Source: Octopus vulgaris (taxonomy: Eukaryota). From it: DNA of 64,000 nucleotides. The stretch lies in NCBI GenBank assembly GCA_951406725.2, contig OX597822.1, positions 111,228,001-111,292,000 of the forward strand. The letters run 5' to 3'. Of the stretch, positions 26,341 through 42,730 are shown piece after piece. The notes under the pieces are model-generated. The model saw only the letters and a list, made by a program, of their open reading frames with translations. It searched no databases and had not been told where the DNA came from. Made by a program: the position numbers and the translations under genes. Every line of letters begins with the position of its first letter. Within the stretch, counting starts at the first letter, position 1.

Positions 26341-26774
26341 GGATCTTTTCGGTTTGAACGGCAGTTTTTTCAAGCGGTATCATATGAAATTGTCACCCAT
26401 AATTGTGACCCTAGAATCGATCTATTGCATTTCAATCTCTTTTAGGGTTAGGGTTAGTTAGGGTTAAGGTTAAGGTTAAGGTTAGGGGTGGGGAAGGGTA
26501 TCTTTTTTTCTTCACAAATGTAAATAAACCCAATCAGTTTCTTAAACGAGGGACATATTCATACGGCACAGAATGCTTTTTAACTCAATAGACGTCACTG
26601 ATTGGTTGAAATTGCAGAAATTGAAGAAAAAATATCTTACAAACTATAGAATTTTCTCAATAAAGCCAAGAGAAAAAGATGTTTTATAAACACATTCTAC
26701 CTGTATACGAAGTTTAAAATTTTTTAGTTACCTAGAAATTATGTTAAAAACTGCCGTTCAAACCGAAAAGTTCC
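26341..26774. mobile_element. Second copy of the TTAGGG-containing MITE
   Basis: TIR GGATCTTTTCGGTTTGAACGGCAGTTTTT; perfect 8-bp TSD TAGAATTC (26333-26340 / 26775-26782). Confidence 0.92.
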
Positions 26775-26849
26775 TAGAATTCTACAAATAACACAAGGAG
26801 TAACTATTTGCTGTAATATTTTATAGTATATATTTTTTTTTATATATTT

Positions 26850-27137
26850 ATGCGCCCTTTTCAAGCCTAGCCAGGCTCATGGGCCCGGTTTCCCGGTTTC
26901 TGTGGTGTATGTATGCCCCAACAGCTGGACAGGACGGCAGTCCATCGCAGCGTTACTCAAGAAACAGTAAGAAAGAGTTAGAGAAAGTTGGGGCGAAAGA
27001 GTACAGCAGGGGTCGCCAATATCCCCTGCCGGAGCCTCGTATAGCTATAGATGTTTGCTCAATAAATACACACAACGGCCGGTCTGGGAATCGAAACCAC
27101 GATACTCCTACCGCGAGTTCGCTGCCCTAGCCACTGG
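26850..27137 (-). mobile_element. SINE family C variant with V-domain-like body
   Basis: Family C head; minus strand ctgcgatggactgccgtcctgtccag resembles the V-SINE domain (from recall). Confidence 0.75.
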
Positions 27138-28737
27138 TTATGGCATATAACCCAGTTTTATTTTCTTTATTTTAGCGCTTCTTTTGCTGTATCTTGTTTT
27201 TAAATTTTGAATGTATGGCATATGTTTGCTAATAATGGAATCATTGGTTCTATGTTTCGAATGAGGGAATCACCAGTTCGAATTGAACTAAACATGAAAA
27301 AATAAGAGAAACTAAATTCTACATTATACTCTGTCCGGTGCTTTACCATTCTTTCATTTGTAATAATTATTAAAATATATATCTTTAACAACGGGTAGAC
27401 TTCTAGATGCTCGTTTTATTGATGCTGAAGTTAAATAAACATTAAACTGGGATTTTAAAACCCTAATCAATTGAAGTGAAATTCGATGCTGAACGAAATT
27501 GAACTCAACATAAAGGTTTGTAATTAAATGACACCAGGTGTTGTATCCAACAATCTGAATACAATTCAATGGAAATAGATGTATGGTATTGTGCTTCTAG
27601 TAGAGAGACCAATAACCCTTACCTCAGGTATAACAATGGAAGAAAATGAACTAGATAGTAGTTAGGTTGCTGCTATTGCAACGACACAAAACGCTCCGAT
27701 ACTGATTGTATTGTAGAAAAAATATATGGAAAACAACGGCATTGACAGGTAACTATCACTGAGAGCTAACAGCAGTAGTAACTGTAGTAATAACTGCGAC
27801 TGCGGAATTAAACATTTAAAAGAGAAAACAAAGTGAACAACGCTTATAGAAGCAGGTAGCAGTCGAAAGAAAAAAAATACCAATGAATGTAGCGATACAA
27901 AAGTAGCAGCTGCAATGAACAAAGTTGATCCTGACGAAGGAGAAAACAAAAGAGATGAACATCTTAATCAGTTTTTCCAGTTATAAAGCTACATAAAGAA
28001 ATTCAAAAAGACAAGCATTTTCCAATGTTATCTTTATCTTTCGAAGAGGGTCAATTTTTATAGTAACATATTTTTTTTTTAAGTTGAGACCCCCAAATTA
28101 TTGAAAGATAAGTGTATATCAATACAGCTTCAAAAGACGGAAACTATGGTGTACAGGTGTTAGTGAGGAATATCAAAAATTTACTAGAAAGAAATCTAAT
28201 ATAAACCAATAAATATATCATGTGCTGATATTAAACAGGAAACTCAGAATCTGCAGGTGAATCTAATCAATACAATACCATGTATACATAATTGTCAACT
28301 TGATGAAAGGATATTGGATTATATATATAAAAGAAAGAATGCACTATCTCCCTTAAAGATTACAGATGTTTTTTGTTGTACAAAGTGTGCATCTTGTTCA
28401 CACCTGGCTTCTGAAATAAAGCAACAATATCTTAGAGCAATTGTATAATTGATTTTATTGACCTTAGTATCTACCTGATATTTATTTTGTCGACACTGAG
28501 TCATGAAAATAAATGGCCAATTCGATCACATTTCAAATGAAAGAGAAGAAACAACAGGACTTTGATGTTCTACTTTCTCAACACTATATAAGTGATAAAT
28601 AAAGCCACCTTGGGCGGTAATAGCCTAGAACGTCGTTGACGTTTAGCCTACTGGACGGAGAAGAACCAGCTGTGCGCGTGTACAAACCACGGGAATGGTA
28701 GCAGAGACACTACCCGTAACAGCGAAAGAAACACATA

Positions 28738-28930
28738 TTCTTTTCTACTCTTGGCATAAGGCCTGAAAACTTTGGGGAGGGGGCAAGGCAATTAGATCCA
28801 CCCCAGTACTGAACTAGTACTTAATTTATCGACCCCGAAAGGATGAAAGACTAAGTCGACCTCGGCGGAATTTGAACTCAGAACATAAAGACAGACGAAA
28901 TATTGCTAAGCATTTCGCTCGGCGTGCTAA
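28738..28930 (-). mobile_element. SINE family B variant
   Basis: gaccccgaaaggatgaaagac.aagtcgacctcggcggaatttgaactcagaac. Confidence 0.8.
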
Positions 28931-29134
28931 AGGTCCTTATTTTTTTATTGCCCACAATTTTATTTTTTCCTAGTACTTGATTGGTACTCTATATTATGTA
29001 CATTGCAATAAAGGAGACAGTTCACTTTGGTAAAACTTGGACTGAGAACGAAAAAATTCGAAACAAATATTGCAGTGTATTTTTCCGACATTCTAATAAT
29101 GCTGATAATCCTTGTTATTACCAATCGAATTCCT

Positions 29135-29320
29135 TCCATTTAAGGCACAAAACCTGAAATTTTGGTCGATTAAGTCGACCTAAGTGGTCACGTCATTCGA
29201 TTTTAGCGACGCCGGAGGAATGAAATACAAGTCGACTTCGGCGAAATTTGAACTCAGAACGTAAAGTCGAAAGAAACGCAACTAAACATTTTCCACGGCG
29301 TACTAACGCCTGCCAGCTCA
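29135..29320 (-). mobile_element. SINE family B variant, diverged
   Basis: aagtcgacttcggcgaaatttgaactcagaacgtaa...tgccagctc. Confidence 0.7.
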
Positions 29321-30269
29321 GTGACTTGTATGCCTTTAATAGCCACAACAACAACAGTTTAAAACCGATGAACAATATAAATATTGTCCGCGAAGAAATG
29401 GAGGTAATGTTATCGAAAATCGAAACCGGATATTCATAAAAGAGAACAAATTAGAATAAGGATATTTTATTGCTTCTTAAATTTCTCTCCAAGATAGTGA
29501 GACTCGCGGATGTTATATTTAAGTCTCCATTCATTAGGATTAAATGGATTAAATAAGATTTAAATAATTCACAAGCATAAATTCTACGAAATCAACGCAA
29601 GCAGCCCTTGCCCATGACTCAGTCATATCATAACACCTTTATAAGACAACAGTGGTGAGTTGTAAACATCAGAGTAATTAAATCATAAATTCAAAGACGT
29701 TCAATTGAAAAGCAGGAAGATACCTTACGTAACGCTGAGAAAAACGGAAGTTTCACTGGAATCGGAAATCAGATGTGAAACGGAAAGCGGAAGAGTTACG
29801 GAAGGTGATAATAAATGAGAAATAAAAGTCGGTTACATAACGAAATCAAAAGACGAAATGATAATAATAGTAATCCTTTAAGTGCTTGTCAGAAGTACAA
29901 GAATGAGTTAAGTGATAACACTTTATATAACGGCGAAAATATTCAATATATTTCAGTGCCGGAGAATTATTCCACGAATTATTTCGTATAATACGATTAA
30001 GAGAGATTATGAAGATACAATCTAATATTTTCATTTGGACGGCAAATGAACATGTTATTTTATTACGGTTTAAGAATATTGTGTTGACTGGTTTGTAATA
30101 ATAAGATTAAGTTTAATAAATTATTTATTTGAATTAAATATTAAACAGTATTTTTTGAGCATATTGCTTTACAAAGTTATAAACAATATTAACGTTATGA
30201 AAATGTTATTCAAGTCAACTGATTTGGAACTCTTCTCATTATTTAAAACTAGCTAAAGGCAGCAGGAGT

Positions 30270-30661
30270 GGTGCAGGAGTGGCTGTGTGGTAAGTAACTT
30301 GCTAACCAACCACATGGTTCCGGGTTCAGTCCCACTGCGTGGCATCTTGGGCAAGTGTATTCTGCTATAGCCTTGTGAGTGGATTTGGTAGACGGAAACT
30401 GAAAGAAGCCTGTCGTATATATGTATATATATGTATGTGTGTGTTTGTGTGTCTATGTCTGCCCCACTAGCATTGCTTGACAACCGATGCTGGTGTGTTT
30501 GCGTCCCCGTCACTTAGCGGTTCGGCAAAAGAGACCGATAGAATAAGTACTGGGCTTACAAAGAATAAGTCCCGGGGTCGATTTGCTCGACTGAAGGCGG
30601 TGCTCCAGCATGGCCGCAGTCAAATGACTGAAACAAGTAAAAGAGTAAAAGAGTAAAAGAG
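30270..30661 (+). mobile_element. SINE family A, near full length
   Basis: A-box-like tggctgtgtggtaa, B-box-like ggttcagtccc, cttgggcaagtg body, internal microsatellite, (gtaaaaga)n tail. Confidence 0.9.
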
Positions 30662-31159
30662 TATATAGTAACTGGCAGAAGCAGTAGTGCGTCGACAAAA
30701 TTCCTTGTTGAATTTTTTTCGACTTTTACATTCCCCCAAAAGAGGTCAAATCTCCCAAAAGCAATTTTTGAAATTTATTCCTATGGGGTTGATAGCATCC
30801 ATTAACCCTTCACTTCAAAATTGCCGGCTTCTACCTAAACCAGGAATTATCATTCTTAAACTTGCATCTATTTGCATTTGAAATTAGAAAGCAAGCCCTT
30901 CCGTCTCTCTCCATTCTAAGATGAGTAAAAATTCGTGTAACGCTTTTAAACAGAGATGATAATTACTGGTGACACAGTATTTGAAAGTCGTCCATTGGAC
31001 GACCTCCAATCACTTGAAGGCTGCTTTCTGCAGATTCAGCGTTGAGTTGCTGAAGCAGATATATCGTCATAGAAAAAAATTCCACTCTTACCAGAGGTTT
31101 CCGTGTCAGTTTCTTGATCCTAGTCACTTGAGCATTCCCCTCGGTGGGTAGCTGACCAC

Positions 31160-31224
31160 ATGTGCATCTCTGATCAAAAGCATTAGTCATGGGGGAGCAT
31201 CATAGCCACGTGCTGAGAGGGATT
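31160..31224 (+). mobile_element. Fragment of the (TAA)n-associated family G
   Basis: tgtgcatctctgatca...ggggagcatcatagccacgtgctgagagggatt matches 45093-45156. Confidence 0.6.
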
Positions 31225-31860
31225 GTTTTGTCTGAGTAAATGTAAGAAAAGCAAAAGTTGAAGGAGATAGCCACTTTTAATACTTTCTAGGGTTAAGCCA
31301 TGCCTGCACCATACAGTCACGCCAGCGCCTACATATATAAAGGTATTTTCATCAGACTTACTTCTCTTGAAAATTTAGAATCTGATTCTATGATTTGGGT
31401 CAATAGAGTACTATTTAGCCTTACAGAAATACAAATTAAATCTCATCAGCTAAATTTACTATGATGAAATCCCGCAGAGTATGCAAATCATTTTACTCAA
31501 TTAGGACAGCTTCATCTCGTTATTTTCCATTGTTATTTTTTTCTTTCCCGATCGCTAGGAAATTTCGATTTGCTGTTTCCCTGTTTTTCATCTTAATTAC
31601 ACTCGTACTCACTACTGTATGACTAATTTATAAATGCTTTGATGCCAATAATCGCCGCATGTCCATCTTCATTATACCTTCATTCGTTCAGCGCTGCGTT
31701 ACCTACAGTCAAATCTTTCCACCTACACTTAATTTTCCGTCGTCGAACGGTAGATTTTAGGCGTTTGAACTGGTCTGAGCGCTAATCTGCGTAATCTGTA
31801 GCACGCCACTTGATGTATTCTTACCCATACATGCACACACGAACACACACACATACACAC

Positions 31861-31917
<57 letters not shown>

Positions 31918-31993
31918 TATAATATATATATATATATATATATATAATATTTGTTGTGCAAGATTTTTTATGTGAAGTCGTGTGTTGAAACAG

Positions 31994-32611
31994 ATATTGT
32001 TATATTTCGGAATGGTCATATTGCCAGTTTAGCCAATAAAAACACACGCACTATATATTTGGTGTTATTTTGCTTCAGTGATATTTATTTTTTACATTAA
32101 TCTTAATCTTATTTCGGCCAAAGTTCTTTCGTCACACTCCTGTGACCGCATCAGTGGTCCTTTGTTTTCTTCTCACTTACTTGTGTCTCTCCTTACTAAT
32201 CGTCAGCCATTTTGTATTTCTATTGTATGTCTTCATTTGCGCATGCTTATATCTCTATGTGCGTCTATGTTTATTTAGTGTGTGGGGGGGGGATGCCTGT
32301 AATATTTGTATCTTCTGGTTATATACATTCTTGTAATTTGTATTTTGTTTTTGTTGTTGTTGCTTTTGTTCTAATTTTTTTTTCATGTGTTTACATCCAC
32401 CCATTATTATCATTACATATGCTTGTATGTATGTATAACAACAATATTAGTAATAATAATAATAAATCTAATCGAGTGTGACGAAAGAACTTTGGCCGAA
32501 ATAAGATTAAGATTAATGTAAAAAATAAATATCACTGAAGCAAAATAACACCAAATATATAGTGCGTGTGTTTTTATTGGCTAAACTGGCAATATGACCA
32601 TTCCGAAATAT

Positions 32612-32619
<8 letters not shown>
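31994..32619. repeat. Inverted repeat, 146-bp apparently identical arms (31994-32139 / 32474-32619), 334-nt spacer
   Basis: atattgttatatttcggaatgg...tttcgtcacactc versus gagtgtgacgaaa...ccgaaatataacaatat; flanked by (TA)n. Confidence 0.92.
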
Positions 32620-32640
<21 letters not shown>

Positions 32641-32642
<2 letters not shown>

Positions 32643-33792
32643 GGAAAAAAGCAACAAGAATGGATTAAAATCTCGGTACGATCGTTTCGTACGAGGACAT
32701 CTTTAATAAGCTACAAAAAATGCAGTGAATACAGATGGCTCGTACTCGTCAGCCGAAAAAATATCAGAGAATTCCCAAACATCAAAAGGGGTAGATATAA
32801 AAGAGGTTGTAGGATTAACTGCATTGAAGAAAGTTCGATTCATGGAGATCTGATGAAAGGTTTTAAACCTATAGAATTTATGCATGTCTACATATAGTTC
32901 ATATTGGATATTTGATCAAGTTATATGAAGAAAATTTTCGGATACAGTCATGCAAAATTTCTGAAAATCCGAGTGAGAGGCAAAGTGACTGCCACATCAT
33001 GTAGAGGAAAGTCTGAGTAAAAACATAGTGACTGTCATGTCGTGTAGAAGAATAACAGATTGTTATTGAAATTAGCAAGAATCGCAGATAAGTTCGATTT
33101 TTTTGGAGATCTGATGAAAAAGTCTTGAACTTACAAAATTTGTGTATGTCCTTATAGTTCGTAATCCAGTTCTGTGGAGGGATTTAAGCCTTGAAGGCTG
33201 TCATTTTTGCTTCTCATTCGGACTCCCTGATATTTTCGCATGATTGTACCTTAAATCCCTCCACAGAACTGGATTACGAACTATAAGGACATACACAAAT
33301 TTTGTAAGTTCAAGACTTTTTCATCAGATCTCCAAAAAATCGAACTTATCTGCGTTTCTTGTAAATTTCGATAACAATCTGTTCCTCTACACGATACGAC
33401 AGTCACTATGTTTTTACTCAGACTTTCCTCTACATGATGTGGCAGTCACTTTGCCTCTTACCCGGATTTTCAGAAATTTTGCATGACTGTATCCGAAAAC
33501 TTCTTCATACAACTTGATCAAATATTCAAAATGAGCTATATGTAGACATGCATGAATTCTATAGGTTTAAAGCCTTTCATCGGATCTCCATGAATCGAAC
33601 TTTCTTCAATGCAGTTAATCTTACAACCTCTTTTGTATCTACCCCTTTTGATGTTTGGGAATTCTCTGATATTTTTTCGGCTGACGAGTACGAGCCATCT
33701 GTATTCACTGCATTTTTTGTAGCTTATTAAAGATGTCCTCGTACGAAACGATCGTACCGAGATTTTAATCCATTCTTGTTGCTTTTTTCCTA
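32641..33792. repeat. Palindrome, ~545-bp arms (32641-33188 / 33250-33792), ~61-nt spacer
   Basis: taggaaaaaagcaacaagaatgg... mirrored by ...ccattcttgttgcttttttccta; near-identical ORF translations on opposite strands; several substitutions. Confidence 0.95.
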
Positions 33793-33936
33793 TTTATAAT
33801 CACCCCACTTGTCGTATGGTTAACACCATATAGACATCCGGTGCATCCTAGTTAAGGACCATATTCATGTGAATTCTTTAGAATTCACTAGAATCTCAAT
33901 TACTTAACCGAATATATATATATATATATAGTGTAT

Positions 33937-33976
<40 letters not shown>

Positions 33977-33979
33977 GTG

Positions 33980-34034
<55 letters not shown>

Positions 34035-34904
34035 TATATTTTTGTGTGTGTGTGTGGAGACTTCGTTTTGGCACAGAGTAGATTCGAACTCTAATCTCCC
34101 AATTTCCCTTAACATTGCAACAGAAAAATAATGGTTACATTTAACACATGGCGTCGCTAAACTGATTTAAGTGTGGGAGAAGTTATAGTGGGCAAGCTCT
34201 TTCCAATCTAATCTTAGATTTCCATCTCTCCCGTTCTCGAAGGCCATGGTAGATTAACTTGGTACCAATGGATCCATATTTCTCTCCACCTTTCGGTGAA
34301 TCCCATTTGCATTTTTCAGTGCTTGAACTTGTAGCAGTATGATAAAGGCAAAATAGGGAGTTAGCACTCACAGTTTGTGTATCTAGTCTTTCCTGGTGTC
34401 ACCCGGTTTTTCTCGGATGTCTTCCAGTCTGTTGTCAGAAGTCAATAGTTTAGCCATGTGTCAATGGTACGGAGGTCTTAAGAGAGCTGAACAGCAAGAA
34501 GTCTTCAGAGAAGAAAGCCCGTCAGGCAAGCATTTTGGCTCTTAACTGTTTACACTCTAAGGCATCCGAGCCGCACCCAACTTACAATTCCAGGGTGTCC
34601 TTCCTTCTGCTAACCGAATTTATTTACTTGGATATGGGAGACTTGTGCATTTAACCTGCTTCGGGATTTCATCAAATAAATGAATACCATGTTCAAGCCT
34701 ATGTTGCTTTCTCTTTAATTGATGTGCCTCTTATATTATGTTATAACAACCCTCTAAACGCATAGACCATTGGAATGAAACAACGTTGGGAGTTTAATGT
34801 AAGCACCAATAAAAACCGAAACTTTAACGGTAAAAATATCGCGCTCTAAGCGTATTCGTTCCTACACACACACACACACACATAGAGTCACACACACATA
34901 GAAG

Positions 34905-35043
34905 CGACAGTTTTCTTTCATTTTCCGAATGCGAAATCAAATCACAAAACTTTGCTGGGGGCTTTACGAGAAACACTATCTCAGTAGCATTGAACCTAAG
35001 ACCACATGGAGGGGAAACGCGCTTCTTACCACTCAGCCATGCT
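34905..35043 (-). mobile_element. Old SINE family A relative
   Basis: ttctttcattttccg...cttcttaccactcagccatgc. Confidence 0.55.
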
Positions 35044-35804
35044 TGGTTACTGTTACCGAAAATATATTTATCTATATTGTGTAAATCGATCCAGTTCTTA
35101 AATCAAGGGTTCTTTACGCAGAACAAAGGAGAGATGTTGGAACAGTAAAATATATAGAATTTCATTTCCTTTTCTCTGTTTTCAATGTTGAATGAACTGT
35201 TTTAAAACTGTTGAACTTACATTGTTGTCTATCAACTCTAATGCTTTAATACAAAGAAACAATATTTTAACGCTACTTTTCATAAAACGTGATTTTACAA
35301 GAATTTATGACAAATATTTTAAGAGATACATTATCAACAATAGATTTAATTTAAAGAGAGCTTACATGAAGCAGTAAAATTAAGAGTTATTTTTGACAAG
35401 GAAAATACGTAAGTGTTTGAAAAGAAAATATCCTATATTCGAAACTTTTACGAGCAATTCAATGCATCTCCTTTAATGAAATGATTGAAGATCGATGTAT
35501 TTATATATCGTGCAATAAATTTTGCTGCTACCAAAGTTATTTGTTGCAAGCTAATAAAACAATAATACCAAGGCATTATTAAAATTAATAGTTTTCAATT
35601 TTCGTGTTTACAAATTATGGAACTGCATGCAAGTTATTATACGCAACAATACGTTGCATATATATATATATGTATATATATATATAGTGTATAATATAAT
35701 ATATATACATATATATGTTTGTGTGTGTGGTGACTTCGTTTTGGCACAGAGTAGATTCGAACTACTATATATATATATATATATATATACGTATATATGT
35801 ATGC

Positions 35805-35872
<68 letters not shown>

Positions 35873-35883
35873 GTATATATGTA

Positions 35884-35925
<42 letters not shown>

Positions 35926-35939
35926 TACGTATATATGTA

Positions 35940-35982
<43 letters not shown>

Positions 35983-36286
35983 TTACTGTACTGGCAGCAA
36001 TGGAGTCGGCGATAGTGTTACAAAAACGTAATTTCAGTTTCACATTGTTTTCATAAGCAACGCTTACATGATTTACTGTTGGTATTTAGCAAATTGCAGG
36101 ATCTGATCCGCGAGTTGTAGGTTAAAAATCATTGAATTTTTCACCGATGTGCTTATGGTTCTATAAATATTAGGATACATCACAATTATACGTGCACGTA
36201 AAAAAGAAATATTTTCAATCAAGTGTTAAAAGAAGGTTGCTGGTTTAGGTTTTAAAAAACATATCTCTTGTTAAAATTATACAAAA

Positions 36287-36500
36287 GGTGGCGAGCTGGC
36301 ATAACGGCTAGGACACCGGGCAAAATGCTTTGCAGGTTTTAGTCTGCCTTTACGTTCTGCGTTCAAATTCCGCCGAGGTCGACTTTGCCTTTCATCCTTT
36401 TGAAGTCGATGAAATGAATACCATTTGAGCACTGGGATCGATGTAATTGATATACCAATTCACTCGAAATTGCTGGACTTATGCCAAATTTTGAAACCAA
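36287..36500 (+). mobile_element. SINE family B
   Basis: ggtggcgagctggc...gttcaaattccgccgaggtcgactttgcctttcatcc. Confidence 0.85.
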
Positions 36501-37449
36501 TACTATACAAAGCCTGAAACGAACATTTAATGGCATTTAGGTCTCACTTGAAATAAATATATTAAACGTTGTATCCTCAGCTCGTATTCATCGAACATCC
36601 GACGTTGCAACACATATGCAATATAATTATTTCAAAATTTCAACTCATAATATTTCGCATGCCAAGTGCGTTGATGAAAACGGTTTATATATAGGCTAGC
36701 TGCTCAGGTTATTCTGTAAGATTATGTCACTTGTCTGCGGGAGTTGCATGAAGTTAAAGATATTGTAAAGTCTAAAATGTGTAAGACATTGCACGGGCAC
36801 GCGTACACACTCATACACTTAAGTATGTCCAACCAACATGGTCAACACTCGAGCAAATATGCTCGCACCGACGAACACACCCACACATTGAATTTGTTTT
36901 GAAATATTCTTGAAGAGAGCTAGAGCGGTAAAAGATATTCTTATATTTCAAGATAGTGAAGCTTTCATACGCATGGAATTTAATTCGCTTCGTCAATATC
37001 AATTCAATGCTAAATAAAAATGTGAAGTACAAAAGTTCTGTAGGTTTTTCATTGGTGAGTTGATTCTCGGAAAACGCAAGATAGGCACACATACGAACAC
37101 ACACACAAAAGAAACACTCACACATATATACGCACAAACACACACATACACACGAATATCAATAATATCTAAGAGTTCACTCCTTCCATCGTTCCATAAT
37201 TATTAACGTGCACACCGTAAGCGACATATCAAACATTTCTTTTAAATGTTCATACTTAAACGTCGCATTCATGCTGTTGAATATGCATATTCATTCACAC
37301 AGTCTTATATATGATAAACCAAAACAGGAAATAAGGTTTATAACATATTTGATCACACTATTGCAGGTATGTTAAAAAATGGTAAAGCTTAAATTGTACT
37401 ATGTATATGTGTGCATGTATGAATCTCTCTCACTCTCTCCTTTATATAT

Positions 37450-37503
<54 letters not shown>

Positions 37504-37614
37504 GTATATATATATATGTGTATATATATATATATATATACATACACACATACATATCTCTCTCTCTCTCTCTCTCCCTTATTTATATATATATATATAT
37601 ATAGATCGATAGAT

Positions 37615-37652
<38 letters not shown>

Positions 37653-38719
37653 ATGTATGTATATCTGTGTGTGTATATATACGTATATACATAAATATAA
37701 GCGTTGGCATCTATGTATACTATATACATATATGTGTGTATATGTATATATGTATATATGTATATAGATATATACATACATGCATACTTATACACATACA
37801 TGTTGCTACTCGTATTATAAACGTCATTGCCAAAACTGAGACCGAAAACCACATTTCTCGTTCAAAGCATCCTAGCACTATAATCCCGAAAAATTGCTCT
37901 CGCTCAGCTGCAGTCTATAAATACTTTATGTATATGCTTAAGGTAAAAGCAATCCAGAACATTTGTATCATGAGATTAAACCCAAATCACCATGAGAAAT
38001 ATCTGATATCCAAAATCTAAGTAGATATTCAACTAAAAACAGAACTTTTACAGCACAAATCTTTTACGTGTGAATAAACGTTATCGTTATAGCTAAATAT
38101 TGATATTTTCTATAATCTGAATACTTGAACATGGGTTTGTAAAATAATTTCCAAATCTTATTTTGACAATGCAGTTTTTATATTACTTAATATATCTATT
38201 AATAGTCTTTGTTAGACATTTCCAAATCATATATTATCAGGTGAAATTTCCGAGAATGATTTAGATTTAATCTCTCTCTTTCTCTCTCTCTCAAAAAAAA
38301 AGTGCCTTGAAATATGAAATGTATCTGTTTGGAAGCCAAACAGCAAAACAGTTTTATTTTTATAATGTTTTGAAGAATTTATTAAATTTAACACATAACT
38401 GGTGAATATTTTATTGTTGTTTGTGGAACCAAATATGATAAGTGTTAATAAAATATAATAGTTGTTTTTGTCTAACTCCAGGTTACTTCCCCTTGAGCGT
38501 AGATATGATCAAAAGTATTCCAACCATGGTCTTTCTATTTTTTAAATTCAGATACATAGTGTTGTGTGGACGCCCCCAGACGATGAAGTAGACTAGCCCA
38601 ATACGTAGATAAAGAGGGAGAAGTCTAGACGTCAAGGATAGTAGTAGGACGTAGCAGAAGAGAGTCGAGTTGAGTAGAGGTCATCAGAACGTGCGACACA
38701 ACACATAGACACACGTATA

Positions 38720-38860
38720 GTGGAGTGATTAAGAAGTTTGCTCTGGAATCACATTGATATAGGGTCAGACGTACAGCACAGCGCTTTGAGCAATGTTCTG
38801 CTGTAAGCCTGGGCTGACCAAAAGGACTGTGATTGATTCTTGTTGATGGAAACTGTTTAG
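38720..38860 (+). mobile_element. Old SINE family A relative
   Basis: gtggagtgattaagaagtttgc...ctttgagcaatgttctgctgtaagcctgggctgacc...gatggaaactg. Confidence 0.5.
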
Positions 38861-39394
38861 CAATATTCCAGGCATTCTATATTTTCTGACATCCGAAGCA
38901 AAAGAATTCAATTCTTTGGGTTAGTAGTGGATACTATAGGGTAGGTTTCTATGTTGTTTTAAGGCTATGCCAAAAGTGAGAATAAATTGTAATAAATGTG
39001 GGAACATATACAAGGAACAAAGCAATAAGTGTGGACGTGTCAGCGGCAAATGAGTTATGATGGCATGTAAATTAACTGCAATACCTCCTAATGTTATATA
39101 ATTCACCTCTGTACGATCACACTCCTCTTTATGCTAAAATAATCTTTATCTATTTAATCTGTCATCAATAAGGATAAATTTTCTATAAAATCTGTTCTTC
39201 TCTCCTAATCTATCAGCTGTTGCCCGATAAGTCAATATTTAACTAAATAAAGAAGTATTCAGTCCCTCAGCAATTCATGCTTATACATATAAATCTATAT
39301 ATACATATAGACACACAAATATATATAAATATGTGTGTGTGTGCTTTTGTGTGTGTATGTGTGCGTGTGCATACATTAATGTCGAACAATGAGT

Positions 39395-41742
<2,348 letters not shown>

Positions 41743-41824
41743 AAGTCCATATATAGTATGCATACGTATATATATCTATATCTATGTATATATGTATCTA
41801 TATATCCATCTATCTATCTATCTA

Positions 41825-41899
<75 letters not shown>

Positions 41900-42522
41900 A
41901 TATATATGTACACATACATAAATATTATATATGTGAGTGTGTGTTTGTGTGTGTGTACGCGTACCTATCTGTACGTCAACAAAACTAAGTTGAAGATAAA
42001 AGAATTGGAATATCGGAAACAATAGACGAAATTTGATTTAGACTTTCGTAAAGTACTGTCTAAAATATAAAATAATGACTCTTTTGTTCGGATTTAAAAA
42101 GGTAAAACATCACGAATAAATACATACTACTAAAAGCATACTATGTAGCTGGTTGATATATCACAATGTTCATGCAGGAAAAGTTATTTGCATAGTGATA
42201 ATATATCAAATTAAATCATAAATTTAATTTTACATAAACTAGAATATTTAGTGCAAAATTCAGAAAACTAGTCTTTCTCATGTCATATACATCCATATGA
42301 ACTATAACGTTGAAATTCTTACTCAAATAAAAAAAAAAGAATAACAGATATTGCATGGCGGCAATTGGGATATTTCAGCAGTAGAGTCTATTTGAATCTG
42401 TCCCAGAGTTATCTATTAAATAAATTTCTTAGTGTTCAAGATGCTTACAGAATTATTTCTTTTTCGATGCTAAATTTATAGACATCGTCTAATTGTCTCT
42501 AATTTGTAACTGATGAAATAAT

Positions 42523-42730
42523 CCATTCTACTAAAGGCACACAATCTGAAAATTTGCAGGAGGGGATTACACCGATCCCATTGTTTCACTGCTAGTTAAT
42601 TTATTGACCCCGAAAGGATGAAAGGCAAAGTTGTCCACTGCGGAATTTGACCTTAGAATGTAAAAGCAGGCGATACCCGTATATCACTTGGCATATTGCC
42701 CGGCGTGCCAACAATTCTACCAGCTCGCCT
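42523..42730 (-). mobile_element. SINE family B variant
   Basis: gaccccgaaaggatgaaaggcaaagt...ccagctcgcc. Confidence 0.8.

Noticed and set aside
33244-33730. ORFs in the 1.15-kb palindrome arms
   Set aside because: Short, no recognisable domain, duplicated only because of the palindrome.
34180-34620. Possible LINE 5'/endonuclease relic; similarly 54200-54580
   Set aside because: Too degenerate to assign by eye.
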